A stretch of 64,000 nt of DNA, taken from positions 10,549-74,548 of the IMG/VR virus record IMGVR_UViG_3300027832_000009. One strand, 5' to 3'. Below, piece by piece: positions 27,757 to 37,884 of this stretch. The notes under the pieces are model-generated. The model did no database searches, was not told the origin of the DNA, and was given only the letters and a program-made list of their open reading frames with translations. Source of the stretch: a virus. The translations under genes were made by a program, and so were the position numbers. Numbering within the stretch: the first letter of the stretch is position 1; every line of letters begins with the position of its first letter.

Positions 27757-27927
27757 TTAAGCCTGGCGGGTCTGACGAGCTGCTGTTGCGAGCCGCTTCA
27801 CAGTATCACCATCCAATGTTTCTTCCCGCTTCGCTGTCTCCATTAGCGGTATGGCTACCAACTTTTTCTGCATTTCAACAGATGTCGGCAAAGTTGTTGC
27901 CTCGCTGACTACGCCTCTCTTCTCCAT
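27757..27927 (-). CDS. 56 aa small protein (below ORF-track cutoff)
   Basis: manual translation MEKRGVVSEATTLPTSVEMQKKLVAIPLMETAKREETLDGDTVKRLATAARQTRQA. Confidence 0.55.
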   Translation of the reverse strand: MEKRGVVSEATTLPTSVEMQKKLVAIPLMETAKREETLDGDTVKRLATAARQTRQA

Positions 27928-27929
27928 TA

Positions 27930-28697
27930 TTACTCTCCCGCCTCTGGGTCGCTCACTATAAGTAAGACGCAGTACTCTAGCGTACCGTGCTTGAATTGTA
28001 TACCTGTTGTCGCTATTTCCCAGACGTCTGCTGTGCCTACAACATTAACAAAGATACGCGGCTGAGGGCCGCCCTCCTGACCAGTCATGTCTGGAAAATA
28101 ACATACACCAGCATTTCTTGCGTGGTCAACCACAAGAATAAGCATATTACCTTGCCGCAACACTTCGGAGTACTGCGATGTCAGTTTGCCAAACCCGGCG
28201 ACTTGGAACAGCACAGATTTTGCTGTTGATGGCGGTGCTTGTATCACTGGTTGTTGCGGTTGTTGTGCAGATCTGCGGCCAGCAACTAGCGCTTCCAAGT
28301 CCACCCGCTGCATATCTGGAATGGGCGGACCTACTGCTGATGTGGGACCTATAGACCCTAGAGGCATTGCTGGGTTACCTTCTTGAACACTCAATGGTCG
28401 GGATGCAATAGGGTTACCTGTGGTCAGGCTTTGTAGAGCTTGGTGCCTTAAACTCTGCACAGTCACAGATCGCTGCTCCGGTCTACCCGGGTCGTAGTTG
28501 ATCGTCATATTGCCCACATCGTGCGGGTCGAACGATTGTGGTACTCCGCCAGGTGTAGCCGGTGGGATGATTACAGTAGCGATTCCCTTCTTCGGTGCCA
28601 TGTGCTGCGAGACATGTCTGGTGTCTCCAAGCACCCTCCCATCATCGTCTCTCGCCCACCCCTCGAGCTCATTACTGAATTTTATGTACCCTACCAT
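27930..28697 (-). CDS. hypothetical protein
   Basis: likely start MVGYIKF after GCAGGA. Confidence 0.65.
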   Translation of the reverse strand: MVGYIKFSNELEGWARDDDGRVLGDTRHVSQHMAPKKGIATVIIPPATPGGVPQSFDPHDVGNMTINYDPGRPEQRSVTVQSLRHQALQSLTTGNPIASRPLSVQEGNPAMPLGSIGPTSAVGPPIPDMQRVDLEALVAGRRSAQQPQQPVIQAPPSTAKSVLFQVAGFGKLTSQYSEVLRQGNMLILVVDHARNAGVCYFPDMTGQEGGPQPRIFVNVVGTADVWEIATTGIQFKHGTLEYCVLLIVSDPEAGE

Positions 28698-28761
28698 GGT
28701 CCTGCTCTGCCTAAAAAAAAAGAATAATACGGGCCGGACAACTGTCCGGCCCATATCATAT

Positions 28762-29196
28762 CTACATAAACAACAACGGGTTAGCCGCCGCCACAACCTG
28801 TGTAGGTACTGTCAGGAACAACAGCATCATAACAATCTTGGAGGGGTGGCCAGCTTCAGCTGCCTGCCATACTTGCTGATGGTAATGTACAGCTAACTGT
28901 GTCAGCAATACATAGGCCTTAGCGTCGGGTAACAAGAACGCTGCAGAATGACCGCACTCCCCATCTTCGCCGACTGTCGCCGACATGACGCACACAATAC
29001 AAAAATCACTATCGTCACCCACCCAAGGGGTAGCCAACGAAGCGATAGTGTACCGCTGCAACCAGAGAAGTACAGCCTCGGCCGGTAAAAGGTGACTATC
29101 CGTAACTGCCCCGCTCGGGGCAAGTACTGTGTACTCATCTATTATCGACTGCAACGCTGCTCCCGTCCGCCCAAAGACATCTGTCATACTTTTCAT
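28762..29196 (-). CDS. hypothetical protein
   Basis: 144 aa ORF with ATGA overlap. Confidence 0.55.
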   Translation of the reverse strand: MKSMTDVFGRTGAALQSIIDEYTVLAPSGAVTDSHLLPAEAVLLWLQRYTIASLATPWVGDDSDFCIVCVMSATVGEDGECGHSAAFLLPDAKAYVLLTQLAVHYHQQVWQAAEAGHPSKIVMMLLFLTVPTQVVAAANPLLFM

Positions 29197-30662
29197 CGTA
29201 TGGTTAGTGTCCTGTAAGCGCCGAGGTCTTCAGCACCCAACTGTACGCCGCGTTGGGAGAACAGTATGTGCTGCGTCACCCCCATTCGGCGAGCGAATAA
29301 GGGGCTGGTTGGGTTACCAGCTGCCAGGTCCAAGTCCGCGCAATCCAGCTTGTCAGCCAGGTGCGGATACTTGCACAAGCAAACCCCTACAGCAAGGTCA
29401 TCCTTCTGCTGGTCACTTAACTCTGTGACCGGCGGTATGACCGTCCGCATTTCTTCTCGCGGGTTTAGCAGACTTGGCAGTATCGCCTCGTCGCTGTAAA
29501 ACGACTCGAGCGGTCCAAGGAGGTCTCGGATGGTTGGTATCAACGATACCAACTTATCCGTAATTCCCCCCTCAACCTCCCGGGCAGACTCCTCATCCCA
29601 GCGTACATCGAGCTCTTTTGCCGATTCGGCCTGTAGCTGCAGCTCGTTAAGCTGCCGCACACAAGACAAGACATCGACGACAGGCTCGCCATTGCTGTCC
29701 TCCCCCTGCATGTATGCAGCCAGCCGAGCTGTATTCATCACAGCCAGCGTAGTACCGCAAAAGCGGTACGGGTTAGGTACCTGCGAACCACATAGCTCCT
29801 TGAAGTCCTCAAAGATCTCTGTGTTTGGCAGCCTGCTCTTACACAGGTAGTCAGCCCGCACCAACCAGTGATTGGTTGGGTTACCGGCGACCATTGGTTG
29901 CCGACACATGATCTGCCGTATAGTTCTGCCGTCTATCCTTCGAGACAACACCTCTTGAAGGTTTGCCGCCGCGTAAGTTACATCACACCTTGCGATGCCT
30001 GCGGCCACTACCGCCGCGACCCGGCCACCAATTGCGACGTTAGATGGGTCGCATTTCACTAGCAGTTTCGGCATAACCGGAACGGTTTCCGGTTGCACCT
30101 GTGCTTGTGCTGCTTGCACACCCTCTCGGAGCGTCTGCAAGCCAAGCCACGCCCATTGCATATCGGCATCTTCGATAAGGTCTGGTGTGACCGGTGCTGC
30201 ATTGATGATCTTACCTGTAGCCTCCGGAAAGGCTACCCACCCGAGATTCTTGAATCCGTGGGTACTATACTGTACCCAACCGTCTACAAGATTTCCTCGG
30301 ATCTCCCACAACGGGAGGTCGATCACACTGCGTGTACCCGGTGCGTCGAGCCTTCCCCGATATGTCACCACCGCGGCGGCGGTCTGGCCCAGTGGGGCCA
30401 CTATGTCCTTCACATCCCATATCATCGTGCCATGGGGCCACGGGGATGCGCCCCACTGCAAACCGCGAACAATAGCGAGCTGCTTGTGGATAATTGGGAA
30501 CGTGTACCGCGTCTCCGCCCTCTCTGCTGAGGTGGTGGGTTTCCGGAACACTCGCTTTGGGTGTCCCTCTCCGGCTGCGATTACTTCGGTGATCGCTGCG
30601 GTAATTGCTGCTGTTACTGTTGACTGCGTCATGACTGAGTCTTTCAAAAGAAAGCTATCCAA
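29193..30662 (-). CDS. hypothetical protein
   Basis: 489 aa ORF. Confidence 0.75.
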   Translation of the reverse strand: MDSFLLKDSVMTQSTVTAAITAAITEVIAAGEGHPKRVFRKPTTSAERAETRYTFPIIHKQLAIVRGLQWGASPWPHGTMIWDVKDIVAPLGQTAAAVVTYRGRLDAPGTRSVIDLPLWEIRGNLVDGWVQYSTHGFKNLGWVAFPEATGKIINAAPVTPDLIEDADMQWAWLGLQTLREGVQAAQAQVQPETVPVMPKLLVKCDPSNVAIGGRVAAVVAAGIARCDVTYAAANLQEVLSRRIDGRTIRQIMCRQPMVAGNPTNHWLVRADYLCKSRLPNTEIFEDFKELCGSQVPNPYRFCGTTLAVMNTARLAAYMQGEDSNGEPVVDVLSCVRQLNELQLQAESAKELDVRWDEESAREVEGGITDKLVSLIPTIRDLLGPLESFYSDEAILPSLLNPREEMRTVIPPVTELSDQQKDDLAVGVCLCKYPHLADKLDCADLDLAAGNPTSPLFARRMGVTQHILFSQRGVQLGAEDLGAYRTLTIR

Positions 30663-30671
30663 AAAATTAGG

Positions 30672-30926
30672 TCAGCCACACTTTGTGACTAACCTCCTTA
30701 AACAATCCATTGTCCGATCTGGCACATCTTGCAATGTACGACCGGCGTCTAGCTGAGCCTGCGTTACCACAAGCTGCTCACCTCTGGATCCCTTTATTTC
30801 ATTTACGAACGTGAGCAGGATTCCACCCACGACTTTACGTTTCCGCTTCACTGGGCGGCCCTCGTAAAACTCTCGGCTATGCCGCTGTTCGTGCGACATT
30901 GGTCCCCCTTTGCTACGCGTAGCCAT
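30672..30926 (-). CDS. small basic hypothetical protein
   Basis: 84 aa ORF. Confidence 0.55.
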   Translation of the reverse strand: MATRSKGGPMSHEQRHSREFYEGRPVKRKRKVVGGILLTFVNEIKGSRGEQLVVTQAQLDAGRTLQDVPDRTMDCLRRLVTKCG

Positions 30927-31001
30927 TAGACGAAGTTACACACTATGTCTAATAGATATGCTATACAACATACATACTAACTGACGCGTTTACTCGCTGA
31001 G

Positions 31002-31754
31002 TTAAAACAGTTGCGTGCCGCCACTGTCCTCATCGTAGTCTTCTTCCCCCAACTGGTCTTCTTCCTCATCACCAGGCTCCTCGCTGATCAGGCTACCGAG
31101 CTGCGATACCTCCGTAACCGGAAGCTCGCTACCTAACCAGCCGTCTTCAACTATATCCCCAGCAACTTGAGGTAATGCAAGCGATAGTGCGCCATACGGC
31201 GTTATCAGCGACTGATTGGCCCCGCGTGTTATGTGCATTCTCTGCCCGAGAAAACAAAACATGTAGACCGACTCCCCAGTCTTCGCCCTTATCGCATCAA
31301 TGAGCCCCTCCACATTCTCGAATGTCTGCAACTCCGGGGCTGCAGTCTCGGGGATCACCAGCAAGAAAAACGCACTGCCAGCCTCCCTACGCTGATTCAG
31401 CAGCGTCACCATCAGAGAACCCATAGCGCCAGGTACTGCTATTGCTGGCTGTGGTTGCGAGACCTGTAACAGTGCAGCTGGTGGTACCACTGGCACAGCC
31501 TCGGCTGATGCGGGCTGTTGCAACCTTAACTGCAACAGCAGTGCCTGCAAAACAGTAGCCAACTCCGGCGTGGCTACGGCACCGCCCTGTGTTGACGGTG
31601 GTGCTGTTTCTGCCGCCGGCTCGGATTGTTGTAACGCCGCCCCGAGTTGCTGCGGTGGTGGAAACGTTGAGGCTGGTCGCTTACCTGCACTGCCACGTGG
31701 TGGGACTGCAGCTTGCGGCTGCGGGTTACCTGGCTCTGTGATACTGTTCGACAT
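31002..31754 (-). CDS. hypothetical protein with Pro/Gln-rich N-terminus and acidic C-terminus
   Basis: 250 aa ORF. Confidence 0.65.
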   Translation of the reverse strand: MSNSITEPGNPQPQAAVPPRGSAGKRPASTFPPPQQLGAALQQSEPAAETAPPSTQGGAVATPELATVLQALLLQLRLQQPASAEAVPVVPPAALLQVSQPQPAIAVPGAMGSLMVTLLNQRREAGSAFFLLVIPETAAPELQTFENVEGLIDAIRAKTGESVYMFCFLGQRMHITRGANQSLITPYGALSLALPQVAGDIVEDGWLGSELPVTEVSQLGSLISEEPGDEEEDQLGEEDYDEDSGGTQLF

Positions 31755-31758
31755 TTCG

Positions 31759-32028
31759 CTACTCCTGATACAGAATCACGATCGCCAGCATGATACATTT
31801 GACAGCATACGGATCTTTATCCGTACCGTGCCACACTGTATGCATACCGAGGGTTCCAGGGTTGACGATGATGCTACCAGTCTCAACCACCCAATCTGCT
31901 ACCTGCTGATCCAGACTAAGCTGGCTAACGGATGGCGGAGAGAACTCCACATACCGCGACCCCTCTTCGTCTACCACCCGCTGATACCACCGGGTCTCGG
32001 TAAATGTCCGTGTAAAGAAGACAGTCAC
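31759..32028 (-). CDS. hypothetical protein
   Basis: 89 aa ORF with ATGA overlap. Confidence 0.6.
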   Translation of the reverse strand: MTVFFTRTFTETRWYQRVVDEEGSRYVEFSPPSVSQLSLDQQVADWVVETGSIIVNPGTLGMHTVWHGTDKDPYAVKCIMLAIVILYQE

Positions 32029-32402
32029 TGTTCGCTGCCCCCTCGCTTGATGGGCGGTGCGGGAATTCCGAAAGTTTCCTCTGGCTCTACTGCCGGCTCT
32101 TCTGCTGCAGCCGATGCAACTCCAGAAGCCGCCACCTCGCTGCGGTCGAACTCAAAGCCTTTAGGGTCCAGCTTCTTTGGCCTGATAAGAAACTCTCCCT
32201 TCCTCGTATCGAATACTATGTCTGTCAGCACCTCGCGGCCGCTATTGCCGAGGGCTTTGAGCCGGCCGATCGGGATGTACCTCTTGCCAACAACCGGCTC
32301 TGGCTCGATAACCAGCCGCTGAAGCCCAGTAATAGCTTCACCTTTTGCCGTAACAGCTATTAAACTCTCGTCAGTACCTGTCAGGGTGAATATCAACTGC
32401 AT
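32025..32402 (-). CDS. hypothetical protein
   Basis: 125 aa ORF. Confidence 0.6.
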   Translation of the reverse strand: MQLIFTLTGTDESLIAVTAKGEAITGLQRLVIEPEPVVGKRYIPIGRLKALGNSGREVLTDIVFDTRKGEFLIRPKKLDPKGFEFDRSEVAASGVASAAAEEPAVEPEETFGIPAPPIKRGGSEQ

Positions 32403-33016
32403 GCTAATTCCAGTTTAGAAAGTTCTTCTGTTGTGTATGGTGGAGCTACAGCATACTTTGGCAGCAGCCCGCTACCCACCAACCTTGGTAATAAATGGTA
32501 GAATCCGGTGTCATGATTCACCGCGAAAACTTGTACTGTAACAATTGGCAGCGCCGGTAATAAAGGGGATTTCTGCATAGCCACTACATCCACCACAGCG
32601 ACAGTGTGCAACAGCACCTGATATGTGGTCATGTCACTAGCTATAAACGCAGCACTCCCTACGAAATTTCGCAAGCCCTCCCAAAGATCTTTACGGACAG
32701 CGTAAATGCGGCGATCCAAGTCTACAAACTTGTTTAACACGAGCTGCTGACCCAGCCCGTCGAATAACGCTGGCCCACTATCAAACACGGCCACAGCATC
32801 TGTGGCGTCCTCTACAGCTGTCAGGAAGTCTCGCACCAGGTCGCGGTTCAGGCCTGGTATCGTTGCGTGAAGCACACCTGATGTGCACAGCACGAAATGG
32901 GCCTGCATATCCAGCAGTGTAAACTTGCTGACATCAGTCCTCGGCGGCTCCTCCGCTATCTCCAGCTTCCGCACAATCGACTGTATCGGGTTGGCCATCT
33001 CTGCTAGTGGGTCCAT
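32393..33016 (-). CDS. hypothetical protein
   Basis: 207 aa ORF. Confidence 0.6.
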   Translation of the reverse strand: MDPLAEMANPIQSIVRKLEIAEEPPRTDVSKFTLLDMQAHFVLCTSGVLHATIPGLNRDLVRDFLTAVEDATDAVAVFDSGPALFDGLGQQLVLNKFVDLDRRIYAVRKDLWEGLRNFVGSAAFIASDMTTYQVLLHTVAVVDVVAMQKSPLLPALPIVTVQVFAVNHDTGFYHLLPRLVGSGLLPKYAVAPPYTTEELSKLELACS

Positions 33017-33425
33017 CGATCATATCCTGCACACCTTGCCGCGAGATGTGTTGACAAAAATACGGGTAGAGTTCGAAAGAAGACTTACCAGCATCCAGCT
33101 CTCTCTGGAACTGCCGGCAGAAAATGTCAACAGCTGGTACCACTCTGTTGAGTAGACCCCCCACAACCTCCGAAGCTGTCGGTGTCCCCATTGTGCGGGA
33201 TTTGTGCACGGCTATCTCTGTCATGCCGCTCAGCAGCGATGCCTCGTCGCTGGTTGTTTTCCATGTACGCAGCTCGTGCGCTCGTGCGTTAACGATAACG
33301 CACAGAGCTCTCCGCAGCTGTACCTCGAGGGCAATAGAGCAAGCCAGCTGCGGGCTCTCTGACACAAGGTGCCTAATATCCCTGATTACACTGTTCTGCT
33401 GATCTGATAAGTTCGGCTCTATCAC
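32934..33425 (-). CDS. hypothetical protein
   Basis: 163 aa ORF with AGGAG RBS. Confidence 0.55.
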   Translation of the reverse strand: MIEPNLSDQQNSVIRDIRHLVSESPQLACSIALEVQLRRALCVIVNARAHELRTWKTTSDEASLLSGMTEIAVHKSRTMGTPTASEVVGGLLNRVVPAVDIFCRQFQRELDAGKSSFELYPYFCQHISRQGVQDMIDGPTSRDGQPDTVDCAEAGDSGGAAED

Positions 33426-33511
33426 GGCTGCTTCGCTCCTGTGTTACCCTCGCTGAATACCAATGCACACTCTCCACCGAGTTTACACGACCGGCAGCTG
33501 CATTTGCAAAC

Positions 33512-34249
33512 TTACCGCTGCGTATACTCAGCAAGACCCTCTTTGTACATGTCTATACCGAGGCTGCAGCAAAACACCGCGTCTGCCACATTGTCATCCC
33601 CAACTGCGCGGGCTTCTTCTTCCGATGAATCTACCAGATTCATCCCATATTTAGTATTGGCTGCTCGCACCATATCCAACTTGCTGGCTACACCCTTACC
33701 AGTTGCGTACTTCTTTATCGTACCAATATCCTGCGGTTGAGTAGGTACCCCATTCGCCTCTGCCCACGATAACACTGTCATCTTCAGCCCGCCCAGGAAC
33801 TCCTGCGACGTTGCAGCCCTGGCCACAATAGCAGCTGGCGACAGTCTACCCTTAAACTGTTCCGCTGGTGGTGTGTACTTCACATTCTCAAACGAGATGA
33901 AATCTGGCTTTGTCACAGCCAAGAACTGCCGCAGTCTGAGATGCCTTAACGCACCCGAGTCAAACGGCCCTACAGACAGATCCCATATCCCAGCAACGAT
34001 CAGCTGCCCGTCAAGAGGTTTATCTTTCTGCAGGTCGCAAACAGCGAACCCGCATTTCGTACCCAGGTCCAGCCCGATTACGCGGACAAACACCCCGTCA
34101 GGAACGGGGTGCTCCGTCGCAAACGATGCCGGATCCTTCCGCAACCTCAGCCGCCCTGTCGGTAGCGGGGTGACTGCGTCACCAAGAGTCGCAGAGGATA
34201 CTGCTCGTTTTTTTGCCACGGTTAAGTCCCACTTCCTAGTTTGTACCAC
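33512..34249 (-). CDS. ruvC: RuvC-like Holliday junction resolvase
   Basis: VIGLDLGTKCG, ISFENV, IKKYATGKGVASK and DDNVADA catalytic motifs. Confidence 0.85.
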   Translation of the reverse strand: MVQTRKWDLTVAKKRAVSSATLGDAVTPLPTGRLRLRKDPASFATEHPVPDGVFVRVIGLDLGTKCGFAVCDLQKDKPLDGQLIVAGIWDLSVGPFDSGALRHLRLRQFLAVTKPDFISFENVKYTPPAEQFKGRLSPAAIVARAATSQEFLGGLKMTVLSWAEANGVPTQPQDIGTIKKYATGKGVASKLDMVRAANTKYGMNLVDSSEEEARAVGDDNVADAVFCCSLGIDMYKEGLAEYTQR

Positions 34250-34986
34250 TCCTGCAGGATTTCACAGTACCGGATCAGCATATCGTCGGCAGTCAGTACT
34301 GTACCCGGTGGTACACCCAGACCGTAGAGTGGCAGCATGAAGCTACGCAGCGACCACTTCGACTTAGAGCGAATAGCTGCAGCATTACGCTGCCACTCTG
34401 CCAACGGTACTGAAGACATCGCATACACGCCCTCGTCGGCTTGTCGCAGTTTTTCTATATTCGCCGTATCCACCACCCCACCGAGCAACGTGGACGAGTC
34501 AAGCTGCTCGTCAACGGTGACGGGTAAATGCGGCTTCAAGAAGTTCCAATGAAACGACAGCAACCCATGCCCGACTACAGGTGTACCTGCAAGAATCGCG
34601 TCAGCGATACTCGCCGCCATAGTTGCTACAGCCTCCCGGCCATCAATTGCGCTGTGCTGTACTGCACTGCCATAGTCAGGATACTGTCCAGTACCCTGCG
34701 CAGGCTCTGCCATCCTCAATCTGTCGAGGTCGTTGTGCAGTCTTTCCAAGATCGGTGCTGGTGTGTTACTGAAATTCCACCGCAGCATGCCCCGGGCCAA
34801 ATTCCGAATAACTGGAGTTGCCCCACCAAGCTGCACCAACGCAACTGAGTGGTCTACCACAGTTGCTGATGTCGCACTGAAGCCGCTTGTCTCCATGTAC
34901 ACACACAGAAACGACCCTGGTATTGGGTATCTCTGCAAGTGTCGCAAAACCTGCTCGCGACCCTCTACTGGTAACGTTGCTACCAT
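34222..34986 (-). CDS. DEDD/DnaQ-like 3'-5' exonuclease fold, probably inactive
   Basis: VYMETSGF (for DxETTG), VVGHGLLSFH (for GHNxxFD), VVDT and TADD. Confidence 0.55.
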   Translation of the reverse strand: MVATLPVEGREQVLRHLQRYPIPGSFLCVYMETSGFSATSATVVDHSVALVQLGGATPVIRNLARGMLRWNFSNTPAPILERLHNDLDRLRMAEPAQGTGQYPDYGSAVQHSAIDGREAVATMAASIADAILAGTPVVGHGLLSFHWNFLKPHLPVTVDEQLDSSTLLGGVVDTANIEKLRQADEGVYAMSSVPLAEWQRNAAAIRSKSKWSLRSFMLPLYGLGVPPGTVLTADDMLIRYCEILQEWYKLGSGT

Positions 34987-35003
34987 AAACTCCTGCTCTC
35001 TGC

Positions 35004-35759
35004 TCAGCGTGTTGCTGAAACTAGTTTTCTGAATAGCCGCAATACACGGCTGTTTTTTAACACCTCTCGCACTGCGTCGATCTTCAGGTTGGCGATCTTC
35101 GCCGCTCCCTGTAATCGTTCATTCGCTATCTGCAGCTCCTGCAGCTGCTCCTGCAGACCCCGATTCTTTGTAACCTGCTCTGCAACGCTGTCCACGAGCT
35201 CTTGTCGCAACCTTCTAGCTTGCTCCAGTGCTCGACGCGTCTCACTCACCTCCACGCGCAACAACGCTATCGCGTCTACCGGAGTCTGGTCGCCGTCTCC
35301 CCCCCTCGGCGACCGACGGTCAGCCAGCGACCTCGCCGCTGCCAACATGCGAGCCATATCCGGCGCTGCGTCGCTAGCCTCACCTTGCAGCGTCACGTCA
35401 CGCACAGCAACGAACCACCCAGCTGCTATAGACTCACCAAACCGGGCAAAAACCAAATCTTGCACAACCAGTCGGGACTCCAAGAACCCACTGCGTTGCA
35501 GTGCATCAAACGGTGAGCTGATAGTCGGTTCTCTAATATACATCGCCAACGCGGCACCCAGCTTACCACACGCCTCGGCGATCTCCTGCTCACTGATCTG
35601 GTGTGTATGACAAGCTTGCTTCGTTGCGTCGCCCCAGTTGCACTCATCCAGCTTGGAAAACACTTCTGCAACCAGTGCAGGGAACAGGTAAGCGATGTCG
35701 CGATAAGGTGAGTAACCCTGCAACCCTGCGGAATTCTGCGGTCTGATATTCATAGTCAC
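35004..35759 (-). CDS. hypothetical protein with C-terminal coiled coil
   Basis: 251 aa ORF. Confidence 0.7.
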   Translation of the reverse strand: MTMNIRPQNSAGLQGYSPYRDIAYLFPALVAEVFSKLDECNWGDATKQACHTHQISEQEIAEACGKLGAALAMYIREPTISSPFDALQRSGFLESRLVVQDLVFARFGESIAAGWFVAVRDVTLQGEASDAAPDMARMLAAARSLADRRSPRGGDGDQTPVDAIALLRVEVSETRRALEQARRLRQELVDSVAEQVTKNRGLQEQLQELQIANERLQGAAKIANLKIDAVREVLKNSRVLRLFRKLVSATR

Positions 35760-36094
35760 TGAAACGCTCCGTTAACACACTGAGATATGACACTACTCTG
35801 AGTTTCCTCATCCAGAATTGCGAACGCAGCCAAGTGCGCGTCCCAAACCCGCAACCCCTCTACGGACTGACAATGTCGAGACTCCTCGACTATAAACTCA
35901 CCAGTATTGTAGTAGGCGTAAACAACCGCCTTATCTATGCCTGCAGCAAGCATTGCTTGCGCTACCTGCGGTACACCTTTTGGTTTGTGTGGGGGCTCTG
36001 CCGCTTTCTTGCTGTTACCGCAACACTTCTTGACCTTTTTATTACTGCCGCAGGGACACATCATATTTCGTTCACTGGTCACTACTGACTCCAC
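35756..36094 (-). CDS. SEC-C motif protein
   Basis: CPCGSNKKVKKCCG. Confidence 0.75.
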   Translation of the reverse strand: MESVVTSERNMMCPCGSNKKVKKCCGNSKKAAEPPHKPKGVPQVAQAMLAAGIDKAVVYAYYNTGEFIVEESRHCQSVEGLRVWDAHLAAFAILDEETQSSVISQCVNGAFQ

Positions 36095-36097
36095 ACT

Positions 36098-36967
36098 TTA
36101 ACGCTTGGCGATATCTACAAGACACCGCTGGTGACTAAGACACTGAGCACACACAGTTGCTGCTGGTGCAGCCGGGTCAAACAACGCGTCTGCATTCATG
36201 CACTTGTCGCAGAAGCCTAGCGTATATGACAACGGCCGCACAGCGAACGGGCACTCATTTCTACCTATCGCACACTTCGTGCAGGGGTGGGTGTAACCTC
36301 GTGGGCAACCCGCCTTGTGTCGACACCTGACCGCCAGGAAGTTATCCCTGTTCCATTTACACAGACTATCCGGGCACTCTACTTCCTTGAACCCGGGTAT
36401 ACCGTCCCTGACACACGACTGCTCAAACTTACCGTAAAATCTTAGGTAAGTCATGTCCAGCGTGTGACGGTACGGGTATCGCCCGTTAGCGGCAGAGAAT
36501 CCGATTTTTCTGGCTATGTGTTTGATAGCACCCGCGCTCAGGTATCTGGTAACCGTCAGACCGCTGCCTGTACCGCTCAAGATCCGGAAGACGCACTCCG
36601 ATACAATATTCGCATAACGGAGTACACGCGATAGAGACCTTATCTCTACAGCCATCCACTCCTCGCTGTGCTGCCCAACCCACGGCCTAGCCGCTGCACC
36701 GCTCTGGAGTGTTTCAAGATTTCCAGCCATCAACCAAGCCAGCTTTACCGCTACACCGACCGGAATTGCTTCATTAATATGCGGCCGAACAGTTTCGAGT
36801 ATCGCATTGTATGGTACGCCAGGCATAACTTTCTTTAACAGCCTGCACAGCTCGCTGAACTCTTCAGCTTCCCTGAGAGGCTTACCTACGAAATGCACAA
36901 ACGCCTTGGAATATAGCGTCTGTCGCAGTTTGTCTATTCTTGTGATGCCAATTTTCGGCCTGTCCAT
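36098..36967 (-). CDS. hypothetical protein with Cys-rich C-terminus
   Basis: 289 aa; multiple CxxC motifs. Confidence 0.7.
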   Translation of the reverse strand: MDRPKIGITRIDKLRQTLYSKAFVHFVGKPLREAEEFSELCRLLKKVMPGVPYNAILETVRPHINEAIPVGVAVKLAWLMAGNLETLQSGAAARPWVGQHSEEWMAVEIRSLSRVLRYANIVSECVFRILSGTGSGLTVTRYLSAGAIKHIARKIGFSAANGRYPYRHTLDMTYLRFYGKFEQSCVRDGIPGFKEVECPDSLCKWNRDNFLAVRCRHKAGCPRGYTHPCTKCAIGRNECPFAVRPLSYTLGFCDKCMNADALFDPAAPAATVCAQCLSHQRCLVDIAKR

Positions 36968-36976
36968 AACACCCTA

Positions 36977-37447
36977 TCACTTAACTGGTTGAACGATTCT
37001 CCGAACTCGCGACGGCTGTGCCGGCTCTACTGGTGTTGTACTGAGGGTGTCCAGTTGCTGTAGTTCTTCTGCTGCCTCCACCTCTGCGACCTCTCCCGGC
37101 TGCGGCAAAGGTGACGCTGCTGGCTCAGCCAGCAGATTGTGTGTATTTACTGCCTCGTAGCAATACGACCGCAACTGCTCAGCCGCCACTGCCAGTCGCG
37201 TCACTTCCGCTAACAGCTCAATAGCAACCCTGTTCGGGCCGTTCGCTAGAACTGTTGCAATCACCTCTTCTGTGAGTAGCGGGCTCAGTACTATCTCGCC
37301 TGTTGGTGTGTTAGCCATACGCACCACAACTACAGCCCCAGGTTGCGTGAGCAAATCGGTCTGCGCAGCTGCTTCCGCATAAGCCGAGTAGAGACGAAAA
37401 GCTTCCTGCGTCATCTCTGCAATTTCTGTTAAACACCTGTCTATCAT
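36977..37447 (-). CDS. hypothetical protein
   Basis: likely start MIDRCL after AAAGGAG. Confidence 0.6.
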   Translation of the reverse strand: MIDRCLTEIAEMTQEAFRLYSAYAEAAAQTDLLTQPGAVVVVRMANTPTGEIVLSPLLTEEVIATVLANGPNRVAIELLAEVTRLAVAAEQLRSYCYEAVNTHNLLAEPAASPLPQPGEVAEVEAAEELQQLDTLSTTPVEPAQPSRVRRIVQPVK

Positions 37448-37884
37448 CACAACTCCTTTACAAAAAATGCCACACCATGAAAAATTTTCCAAACATTTTC
37501 ACCGTTATGCACAGCGGCATACGGTATGTTGCCAACTGATATCACAACCCGCGAAGCGTTCAAGCTGTTAGCGCTGCTATCTATAATCATCCCTAACTTT
37601 GTAGCGAACAGCACAATAGCTGTAAGCGATGGCGCCGTTATGTATCGCTGCACGGGTATTTCTATTGATGAGCTGGTCGATGACCGCTGCCAGTGTATTG
37701 TATCGTCCAACAGACTTGTCTTAGGTACAAACCACGAGCCGCGAGGTCCTCCACCTGACATAATGTCTGCGTGCTTCTTGTCCGGGCCGCCCATCGCCTC
37801 AATGTCCAACACTCTGTGATCTAACTGCACTGCATAACCTTTACGTTTAAGGGGAGTACGGGGAGTACTGAAGTCCGTGCTCAC
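37447..37884 (-). CDS. hypothetical protein
   Basis: 145 aa ORF. Confidence 0.5.
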   Translation of the reverse strand: MSTDFSTPRTPLKRKGYAVQLDHRVLDIEAMGGPDKKHADIMSGGGPRGSWFVPKTSLLDDTIHWQRSSTSSSIEIPVQRYITAPSLTAIVLFATKLGMIIDSSANSLNASRVVISVGNIPYAAVHNGENVWKIFHGVAFFVKEL

